From positions 1 to 32,000 of the forward strand of contig CAYXWT010000002.1 of assembly GCA_964468895.1 (NCBI GenBank): a stretch of 32,000 nucleotides of DNA, given 5' to 3'. Below the pieces are notes generated by a model. That model searched no databases and was not told where the DNA came from. It was given only the letters and a program-made list of their open reading frames with translations. The DNA is from an uncultured archaeon. Its GTDB lineage: Archaea; Iainarchaeota; Iainarchaeia; Iainarchaeales; CSSED10-239. This document shows, one piece after another, positions 1 through 7,096 of the stretch. Position 1 is the first letter of the stretch. The number at the start of each line of letters is the position of its first letter. The position numbers were made by a program, and so were the translations under genes.

Positions 1-2
1 AA

Positions 3-50
3 GTTAATTTAGCATTTGGAAAACTAAAATCTAAAGGTACTAAAAAATAA
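3..50 (+). CDS. 3' end of an unidentified CDS entering from upstream (..VNLAFGKLKSKGTKK*)
   Basis: Frame is open from the window edge to TAA at 48-50. Too short to identify. Confidence 0.2.
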   Translation, partial: VNLAFGKLKSKGTKK

Positions 51-54
51 AATT

Positions 55-201
55 TTATTTATTTTTACCTTTATTAATTTTATTCCAAATATTATAAAAA
101 AAATCATAATATTTTTTTGCTATTCTTTCTGAAATTATTTCAAAAGCAATTGGATCTTCCCCCCATTGTGTCATTATAATTCTGTCTTTTCCAATAGTTA
201 A
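55..201 (-). pseudogene. C-terminal remnant of an unidentified gene (..TIGKDRIIMTQWGEDPIAFEIISERIAKKYYDFFYNIWNKINKGKNK*)
   Basis: Minus-strand frame ends at TAA (55-57). Protein-like sequence runs only back to about 200, where it abuts the plus-strand TFB fragment. No plausible start or N-terminal part. Further upstream this frame is just the antisense of the TFB fragment. Confidence 0.4.
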
Positions 202-340
202 AAAAGCTGTTGCTAGCGGTTTAATTTCCGGCAGAGGACCTACAGGTGTTGCTGCAGCTGCTGCTTTAATGGAAGGTGAACGTAGAACTCAAAAAGAAGT
301 TGCTAATGTTGCTGGTGTTCATACTAATATCAGAAATAAG
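194..340 (+). pseudogene. Internal fragment of transcription factor B (TFB/TFIIB), second cyclin repeat
   Basis: Translation IVKKAVASGLISGRGPTGVAAAAALMEGERRTQKEVANVAGVHTNIRNK matches the conserved TFB pattern GL.SGR.P.G.AAAA.Y.A....GE.RTQ.EVA.VAGV.E.TIRNRY. The zinc ribbon, first repeat and C-terminal end are absent. Confidence 0.6.
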
Positions 341-529
341 ATTATGACAATTTTAAAATATTTAAAAAAACAAGGTGAAACAATTCTTTTAATAGAACAT
401 GATATATATTTTACTTTTAATGTTTGTGATTATATAGTTGTTATGGATGAAGGAAAAATAATTGCAAATGGAAAACCAAAAGATATTAAAAATAATAAAA
501 AAGTATTAGATGCATATCTTGGTAACTAA
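341..529 (+). pseudogene. C-terminal remnant of a LivG-type ABC transporter ATP-binding protein, fused in frame to the TFB fragment (listed ORF 269-529)
   Basis: IMTILKYLKKQGETILLIEHDIYFTFNVCDYIVVMDEGKIIANGKPKDIKNNKKVLDAYLGN is the region after Walker B, the H-loop and the LivG-type tail (..AYLG). Walker A, the Q-loop and the ABC signature are missing. Confidence 0.6.
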
Positions 530-552
530 AATTATTTAATTGTGGATATATT

Positions 553-1258
553 ATGTTAGAATTAAAAAATATTAATTCCGGATATAGAAAATCTAAGATA
601 TTAAAAGATGTGAATTTTTTTTATAGATTGTGGGCAAATTGTTTCTATTATTGGTCCAAACGGAGCTGGAAAATCTACTTTATTAAAATCTATATTTAAT
701 TTATGTGATATATATTCTGGAAAAGTAATTTATAAATCTAGGGATATAACTAGTTATCCAACTTCTGATTTAATAGATGAAGGAATTTGTTTTTCTATGC
801 AAGGTAGACCCATTTTTTCTAATTTAACAGTTTTAGAAAATCTTGAACTTGGATTATTTAATATAAATGATCTGAAAATAATAAATCAGAAACTAAAAGA
901 TGTATTTAATAGATTTCCATTATTAGAAAAAAAGAAAAATGAACTTGCTTTTACTCTTTCTGGTGGTCAACAACAAATACTTTCTATTGCAAGATCTCTT
1001 TTACAAGATCCTGAAGTTCTACTTTTAGACGAACCATCTTTAGGCCTTGACCCTAAAACTCAAAAACAAATTTTTAATATAATTAAAGATATTAATAAAA
1101 GTGGTGTTACTATTATTATGGTTGAACAGAATGCAAAACAAGCAGTAGAGATATCTTATTTAGTTTATATTTTAGAAAATGGAAAAGTTATTTTAAAAGG
1201 AAACAAAGATATTTTAAAAAATAAAAAAATTAAAGAAATCTATTTTGGTGGTAGATAG
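553..1258 (+). pseudogene. livF: LivF-type branched-chain amino acid ABC transporter ATP-binding protein, disrupted by a +1 frameshift in a T8 run (615-622)
   Basis: ATG at 553 gives MLELKNINSGYRKSKILKDVNFF and then runs to a stop. The next frame, from 623, reads IDCGQIVSIIGPNGAGKSTLLKSI.. (Walker A) and continues into listed ORF 797-1258 (LSGGQQQ signature, LLLDEP Walker B, ..IYFGG tail). Removing one T restores a single ORF. Confidence 0.8.
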
Positions 1259-1408
1259 TCATTTTTAATATGGTTTAAATAAGTTTTTATATCTGAAATA
1301 TACTCTATATTTTTCATTAAAATAAAATTTATTAAAAACAACTTATTTTATTAATTTTGTATTTATATATTATATATATTTTATAATTTATTTTAAATAT
1401 GATTAGTT

Positions 1409-2347
1409 ATGAGTGATGATAATACTAAAAATGAGAGTAATATTTATGATGTTGCAATTATTGGTGGAGGACCTGCTGGTCTTACTAGTTCTATATATGC
1501 AGCTAGATATAAACTAAATACAGTTGTTTTTACAAATGGATTTGGAGGAGTTATGTCTAGTGCACATAAAGTTTGTAATTATCCTGGTTTTATTGATATT
1601 ACTGGAATGGATCTTGCAAACAAAATGATGTCTCAAGCTAAAAGTTTAGGTGTTAATATTGTTTTTGAAGGAATTGTAAATATAATTAAAAATGATTCTG
1701 AAAATATATTTGTAGTTGAAAGTGAATCTCAAAGTATAAGATCTAAAAAAGTAATTGTTGCTATTGGTCAAAAAAGAAGAGAATTAAATATTCCTAGAGA
1801 AAAAGAATTGGTTGGAAAAGGAATTAGTTATTGTGCTACTTGTGATGGTAATTTTTACAAAGAAAAAGTTGTAAGTGTTATTGGTGGTTCTGATGCAGCA
1901 GTTACTGCAGCATTATTACTTTCTGATGTTGCTAGTAAGGTATATTTAATTTATAGAAAAGATAAACTTAGAGCAGTTCCTAGTTGGATTGAATTAGTAG
2001 AAAATAATAATAAAATAGATATATTATATAATAGTGAAGTTGTTGAACTTATTGGAAATGAAAAACTGGAAAAAATTAAATTAAATACAAATAAAGAAAT
2101 AAAATTAGATGGTTTATTTATTGAAATTGGTTCAGTACCTAATAATGAGTTTACAAATAAATTAAATCTAAGTTGTGATGATAAAGGTCTTATTAAAGTA
2201 GATAGAGAATATAAAACAAATATTTTTGGTTTATTTGCAGCTGGGGATTGTACTAATTCTACTGCTCTAAAACAAATTATTACTGCTTGTTCACAAGGAT
2301 CTATTGCAGCATATACTGCTTATAAGGAAATTATAGAAAATAAATAA
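1409..2347 (+). CDS. trxB: Thioredoxin reductase
   Basis: FAD-binding motif GGGPAG, redox-active CATCDG, NADPH-binding motif GGSDAA, and C-terminal AAGD motif. Length of 312 aa is typical. Confidence 0.9.
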   Translation: MSDDNTKNESNIYDVAIIGGGPAGLTSSIYAARYKLNTVVFTNGFGGVMSSAHKVCNYPGFIDITGMDLANKMMSQAKSLGVNIVFEGIVNIIKNDSENIFVVESESQSIRSKKVIVAIGQKRRELNIPREKELVGKGISYCATCDGNFYKEKVVSVIGGSDAAVTAALLLSDVASKVYLIYRKDKLRAVPSWIELVENNNKIDILYNSEVVELIGNEKLEKIKLNTNKEIKLDGLFIEIGSVPNNEFTNKLNLSCDDKGLIKVDREYKTNIFGLFAAGDCTNSTALKQIITACSQGSIAAYTAYKEIIENK

Positions 2348-2429
2348 CTTTTTGTTAAAACATATATTTATATATATTTTTAATAATAATTATTTTGTAA
2401 ACACATGTGTTTACAATGGAGGTTTTATT

Positions 2430-2645
2430 ATGCTTCAAGTTCAATTAAGATTATCTCAAAATATTGTTGATAATTTAGATGGTATGATTTCTAAAGGTCT
2501 TTTTAAAAGTAGAAGTGATGCAATAAGATCTATTTTGCTTAAATATGAAGAAATTGAAAAAACTAGACATTTTTATACAGAATTAATTTGTAGAAGTAAA
2601 GAATCAAAAAATAAAAATAATTTGGTTGATTTTGAGGATTTATAG
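2430..2645 (+). CDS. Ribbon-helix-helix (CopG-like) antitoxin
   Basis: MLQVQLRLSQNIVDNLDGMISKGLFKSRSDAIRSIL fits the RHH pattern (beta-strand, then ..SRSEAIR..). TGGAGG Shine-Dalgarno lies 7-12 nt upstream of ATG 2430. The listed TTG start at 2352 looks like an artefactual extension. Stop is 2 nt before the RelE start. Confidence 0.7.
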   Translation: MLQVQLRLSQNIVDNLDGMISKGLFKSRSDAIRSILLKYEEIEKTRHFYTELICRSKESKNKNNLVDFEDL

Positions 2646-2647
2646 TT

Positions 2648-2914
2648 ATGAATTATATTGTTAAACTAAATAAAAAAGCATATAAAGAATATAATAAATT
2701 ATCATCTACTATTAAATTACAAATTAAAAATAAAATTTTAGAATTAAAAAATTCTAATTGTACAGGTAAGCATTTAAAATATTGTTCTTTTTGGTCTCTT
2801 AGAGTTGGAGATTATAGACTTATTTATGAAATTGAAAGTGATCATAAAACTATTCTAATTTTATTTATAGGTCATAGAAAAAAGGTTTATACAGATTTTT
2901 CAAAATTAATTTGA
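2648..2914 (+). CDS. relE: RelE/ParE-family toxin (mRNA interferase)
   Basis: ..WSLRVGDYRLIYEIESDHKTILILFIGHRKKVY is the classic RelE/StbE core (RVGDYR.IY....... I.HR..VY). 88 aa. GAGGAT Shine-Dalgarno lies inside the antitoxin 3' end. Confidence 0.8.
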   Translation: MNYIVKLNKKAYKEYNKLSSTIKLQIKNKILELKNSNCTGKHLKYCSFWSLRVGDYRLIYEIESDHKTILILFIGHRKKVYTDFSKLI

Positions 2915-2999
2915 ATAATATACATAACAACAATATATTTTTATTAGGTAACCTTATTTAATATATATAATAATTCTAGTAAAAAGAGGATGTGATTAT

Positions 3000-3683
3000 A
3001 TGAATGAGCCAAATCCTAAATTAATTAAATTATTTGAAAATTTAAATAAAAATCTTTATAGATCAAATAAAATAATTGAATTATATACACCACTAAGTGA
3101 AATATTAAATTCACTAAACACAGATTTAGAACAATTAGATTTAGTAAATAAAAAAGAAGAATATCTTCATGATCAAGTTGAAAAAGAAATTAAAAAAAGA
3201 GAATTAATTTCTTTGTATAGAAAAATGCAAGATGTTGTTTGTAATATTAAAGAGGAAGTAGATTATTTTTATGATCAAATTCATAAAGGTGAAGAGCTTT
3301 TTGAAAAATTTAGAAGTTATAGAACTTATATATTTGAAAATCCAAAAAAATCATTAGAATATTTAAAAAAATTAACTGAAAAGTTTAATATTATAGAATT
3401 TGTTTTAAAATTTAATGTAGTAGGAACTGTTGACTTAAATGAAGTTGCCGAACATATTAAAGGTAAAAAGTTTGGTATTGATATTGTTTTTCCTAAAGAT
3501 AATTTATATTTAATTTATGAAGAAATATTAAAATCTAAAAGTACTAAATTTAGATTAATTGCAGACCAAATAGTTATCTATTTTGAAAAAGATAATATTT
3601 TAAGAATAGAAGGTCCAAGTAAAAAAGTTAAACTTTGTGATATTATTTCAAAAGAATTTGATGTTAAATTATTAGATAATTAA
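3000..3683 (+). CDS. Hypothetical protein; coiled-coil N-terminal half, alpha/beta C-terminal half
   Basis: Long ORF preceded by GAGGATGTGAT Shine-Dalgarno. No family recognised with confidence (see finding on faint TBP-lobe resemblance). Confidence 0.6.
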   Translation: MNEPNPKLIKLFENLNKNLYRSNKIIELYTPLSEILNSLNTDLEQLDLVNKKEEYLHDQVEKEIKKRELISLYRKMQDVVCNIKEEVDYFYDQIHKGEELFEKFRSYRTYIFENPKKSLEYLKKLTEKFNIIEFVLKFNVVGTVDLNEVAEHIKGKKFGIDIVFPKDNLYLIYEEILKSKSTKFRLIADQIVIYFEKDNILRIEGPSKKVKLCDIISKEFDVKLLDN

Positions 3684-3710
3684 ATATTATCTAATAATTA
3701 GTTTTTTATT

Positions 3711-6278
3711 TTAATCTAAGAAAACATTAGCTGTTTTTCCTCCATCCCAAGTTAGTCTTGGTCTGATTTTTAATAACATTACTTTTTCAGAATTATCATC
3801 TATAAGTATAGCAAAACCTTTTGCTTTTGGCATTTGTGCATAAAATTTATCCATTGGTACATTAAGATAGCTTGGTCTTATTGAAGAAACAGCTGCTATA
3901 TCATCTTGAGCAGTCATTCTCATACTTAAAAAGAAATCACATTGACTTATTGCTTCTGAATGTAATTTGTTTGGTCTTTGTGTTGCTAGTAATAAAGAAA
4001 GACCTGGTTGCCTACCAACTCTAATCCAATTTAATAAAACATCTTGAGCTATACTTTGTCTATCTCTTGGCATAAACATGTGTGCTTCATCAATCATCAT
4101 CCAAATTATTGGCATTTCACTTGCTTTTTCTTTACCATTAAGTAAGTTTATTTCTTCTTCTTTTCTATAAAGCATTCTTTCTTCATATAATTTTTTACCT
4201 AATAAACCAACTATTAGTTCTTGAATAGATTCCATTCCGATACTAGTTTTGTATGTACTTACATCAATAACAGTAATTGTTGCTGGTCTTGCAAATTCTT
4301 TTGTAGTTGTACCTTGTTTAGAAAATAAGCCCCATGATTTTGCAACACCAAGTCTATTATTTAATGCATTAATTGTATCTTTTGTGTGTTCTGTGTTTTT
4401 TTTTGCAACATTTATTATATCTTCAATATCAAATATATTTCCAACTTTAGATCTTATAATTTCTAAAGTATTTGAAAGAAGTGCACTTTCAGGATCTTTC
4501 CAATTTAATTTAAATGTTGCAAGCCAATCTTCTATTTCCATTTGTGATGTTTTTATAGAAAAATATCCATCGTGAGGTAAATTTTTTTCAACATAAAATT
4601 CTTTTTTTCCAAATGGTACAAGATTTCTAATTTCTACACCTTCTGGTTTTAAACCCCATTTTTCAAGTAGCTTTTCATCTTCTTTGTTTGCATATTTCAT
4701 AGACCAAAATATACCAACAGTATCTATTACTATAACTGATAATCTTTCTTTTATTTCAAAAGGTTGTTTACAAAATTCTTCTATTAAAACAGACATTGTG
4801 TAACTATTATGTATTATTATATTATTTGCTATAAAATTATGTGTTTTTGGTATAGTTAAATCATAAACAGTGAAATTGCCTTTAATTTCTTTTATATCTA
4901 TAATTTCATCCCAAAATATATCAGATCTTGCAATCTTTAAAATCTCTTTATCTTTTAATATATTTCCTATTTTTTCTAATTTTTGTCTACTAGGAGAATA
5001 TTTAGTACTTGCTTTAAAAAGATTAGGAACTTTATAATTAAATCCATGTCCTAGTTTCTTCCAATCATTTATTTTTAAAATTGCCCATATTTCTTTTGGT
5101 ATAGTATCTACATTTGGATTTCTATTTTTAGAGTCTTTTATATTTTTAAGTTTGTTCTTTTTTGCTCCATATAGACCAATTTCTTTTTTGAATATATAAT
5201 TAAATTTGCGTAAAATTTTCAATTCATAATTGTCATGTTTTAGGGTTTTCTTTTTCCTAAAGATAGATATTATTCCAAATCTTAGAAGTAAACTTTGAAC
5301 TTGTTTTATCATAATTTTTGAAGAAGATGAATATGTAATAGAACCTCTATTTTTGTCAAAATATATAGATCCATCACAACTAAATAATCTGTTTAAAAAG
5401 ATAGCAATATTTTCTTTTTTTTGTTTAAATATTAATTCAGGGATTTCCCTTTCAATTGCATATTTATTATATAATTCTAGCTTTTCTAAAAATTTTCTTA
5501 ATTTATTTTTTTTATCAAATTCTATATTTTTAGAGAACTTACCATTATTTCTAATATTTTTGGTAATTGTTCTTTTGATATTATCATCAACTACTCTAAA
5601 AGTATATTTGGAATGATTTTTTAAGGAAAGATTAGAATCAAATTTTTTAATACATTTTTTAAATTCACTTTGTATTTTTTCATCTTTGTTTGTAAACAAT
5701 ATAAAAGAATTTCTAAGATGACCTTCAGCTAGTAAATATGCTAATATTTTTATAATTTCTTTTTTATCATTTGATTTTCCAAATAGATTTAAGGATCTAG
5801 GTGTTGCAATACGACTATTTACATTTAAATCTTTTATTGGAATCCACCCATTTATTGTAAGTAATGGGTGCTCTGGAGTTAGTTCTAATTCTTTACCTGT
5901 TCTTAATTTTATTTTTAATATCTTTCTACATTTTCTAGAATAAAATTTATCAATGTTTTTAGTTATTATTTTTAGATTATTAGTTAACGTTGCAATTTTT
6001 TTAGTACTATTTTTTAATTCTTTAATTGTTTTTTCAGTTCCATCTGCAAGTGTTATTAGTGTGTTTTCGCATATACATTTTCCCCCACCACGTTTTCCAC
6101 AAACAATTGCAACATGTGAACGTGATAGATCCATTAATACTTTTTTACCTAATACAGGATCATCTCCACCACTAACAACAACTTTACCAATATACCCAGT
6201 TGCCTTTTCTCCATATCTTTTAAGTTGTGAAGATGTTCTTCCAACAACTATTGTTTTTTCACCTAAGTCTAATGGCAT
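3711..6278 (-). CDS. HerA/FtsK-superfamily (COG0433/DUF87-like) ATPase precursor containing an intein
   Basis: Exteins read ..HVAIVCGKRGGGK | SYTMSVLIEEF.. (Walker A GxxGxGKS, restored on splicing), a MMIDEAH Walker B, LLLATQRP, and a C-terminal ..RPRLTWDGGKT typical of HerA-like ATPases. Confidence 0.8.
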   Translation of the reverse strand: MPLDLGEKTIVVGRTSSQLKRYGEKATGYIGKVVVSGGDDPVLGKKVLMDLSRSHVAIVCGKRGGGKCICENTLITLADGTEKTIKELKNSTKKIATLTNNLKIITKNIDKFYSRKCRKILKIKLRTGKELELTPEHPLLTINGWIPIKDLNVNSRIATPRSLNLFGKSNDKKEIIKILAYLLAEGHLRNSFILFTNKDEKIQSEFKKCIKKFDSNLSLKNHSKYTFRVVDDNIKRTITKNIRNNGKFSKNIEFDKKNKLRKFLEKLELYNKYAIEREIPELIFKQKKENIAIFLNRLFSCDGSIYFDKNRGSITYSSSSKIMIKQVQSLLLRFGIISIFRKKKTLKHDNYELKILRKFNYIFKKEIGLYGAKKNKLKNIKDSKNRNPNVDTIPKEIWAILKINDWKKLGHGFNYKVPNLFKASTKYSPSRQKLEKIGNILKDKEILKIARSDIFWDEIIDIKEIKGNFTVYDLTIPKTHNFIANNIIIHNSYTMSVLIEEFCKQPFEIKERLSVIVIDTVGIFWSMKYANKEDEKLLEKWGLKPEGVEIRNLVPFGKKEFYVEKNLPHDGYFSIKTSQMEIEDWLATFKLNWKDPESALLSNTLEIIRSKVGNIFDIEDIINVAKKNTEHTKDTINALNNRLGVAKSWGLFSKQGTTTKEFARPATITVIDVSTYKTSIGMESIQELIVGLLGKKLYEERMLYRKEEEINLLNGKEKASEMPIIWMMIDEAHMFMPRDRQSIAQDVLLNWIRVGRQPGLSLLLATQRPNKLHSEAISQCDFFLSMRMTAQDDIAAVSSIRPSYLNVPMDKFYAQMPKAKGFAILIDDNSEKVMLLKIRPRLTWDGGKTANVFLD
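4806..6077 (-). mobile_element. 424-aa intein with LAGLIDADG homing endonuclease domain, inserted in the P-loop
   Basis: Starts CICENTLITLADG (block A, Cys1). Block B is LTPEHPLL (TxxH). LAGLIDADG motifs are ILAYLLAEG and LNRLFSCDG. Ends VYDLTIPKTHNFIANNIIIHN, followed by +1 Ser. Residues 68-491 of the 855-aa ORF. Confidence 0.85.
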
Positions 6279-6293
6279 AAATATTCCTTCTAT

Positions 6294-6983
6294 TTATTTG
6301 TAAATAATTTTTTTTTGAATTTTGTTAAGATTATCTAATAAAGATATGATTGTTTTGTAGATCACATATAAACACATAATAATTAGTAATAAATAAAGTA
6401 CAATTATAAAAACATAACTAATAATTTGGAAATTTATTAAAAATATAAAAAATATTTTGGCAAGATAAACTTCTATTAGTACACCTATAAATAAAGATGA
6501 TAATGACACATAAAATAATAATATGTCTGTTTTATTAAATATATTTATTTTTATAATTAAATTCTTTTTATTAATATTAAGTAATATGTTTACTATTTTT
6601 AAAATGATAAATAATAATATTTTTATTCCAATAGTTGCAAATATAATAAAAAATATAAAATAAAATACTTCTGGTATCAATTGTACTAATAATTTAATTT
6701 GTCCTAAAAAACTAGATGTTAATAAATAAGAATGTCCTATTCCATATTTTATAGAATCTATTAAATATGAAAATGGAATAAATATTTTTTCAAAACCTAT
6801 ATTTATATTATTAATAAATACTTCTTTAAAATTTATTGAATTTGAAAGTAAAAATAATTTTGTATTTATAAGATTTTGGTTTATAGTACCAGTAATAGAA
6901 TAAATTATACCTATTATTAAACCTACAAAATAAGCTAATCCAAAAGTTGAAGCAATAAATTTATAGAAATTATCTATTTTCAT
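6294..6983 (-). CDS. Polytopic integral membrane protein (possibly SpoIIM/DUF95-like)
   Basis: Several long hydrophobic segments. Ends 16 nt upstream of the HerA-like gene on the same strand. Weak SpoIIM-like FINN..G and LIPE patterns only. Confidence 0.55.
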   Translation of the reverse strand: MKIDNFYKFIASTFGLAYFVGLIIGIIYSITGTINQNLINTKLFLLSNSINFKEVFINNINIGFEKIFIPFSYLIDSIKYGIGHSYLLTSSFLGQIKLLVQLIPEVFYFIFFIIFATIGIKILLFIILKIVNILLNINKKNLIIKINIFNKTDILLFYVSLSSLFIGVLIEVYLAKIFFIFLINFQIISYVFIIVLYLLLIIMCLYVIYKTIISLLDNLNKIQKKIIYK

Positions 6984-7096
6984 AGTAAGATATATTATAG
7001 AAGTATTTTAAAATATAAGTTTTTAAAATTATATGTTGTAAACTTTTTAAATAAGAGGTTTTAAAAAATATTTTATTATTATTAGTATTTAATTAA

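Noticed and set aside
2352-2429. TTG-initiated extension of the RHH antitoxin
   Set aside because: The extra 26 residues are hydrophobic junk (IFIYIFNNNYF..). The TGGAGG Shine-Dalgarno sits just before ATG 2430.
4249-6303. Listed plus-strand ORFs 4249-4575, 5353-5616 and 5953-6303
   Set aside because: They lie entirely antisense to the well-supported HerA-like/intein gene. The translations are low-complexity and hydrophobic, typical of AT-rich antisense frames, and have no Shine-Dalgarno.
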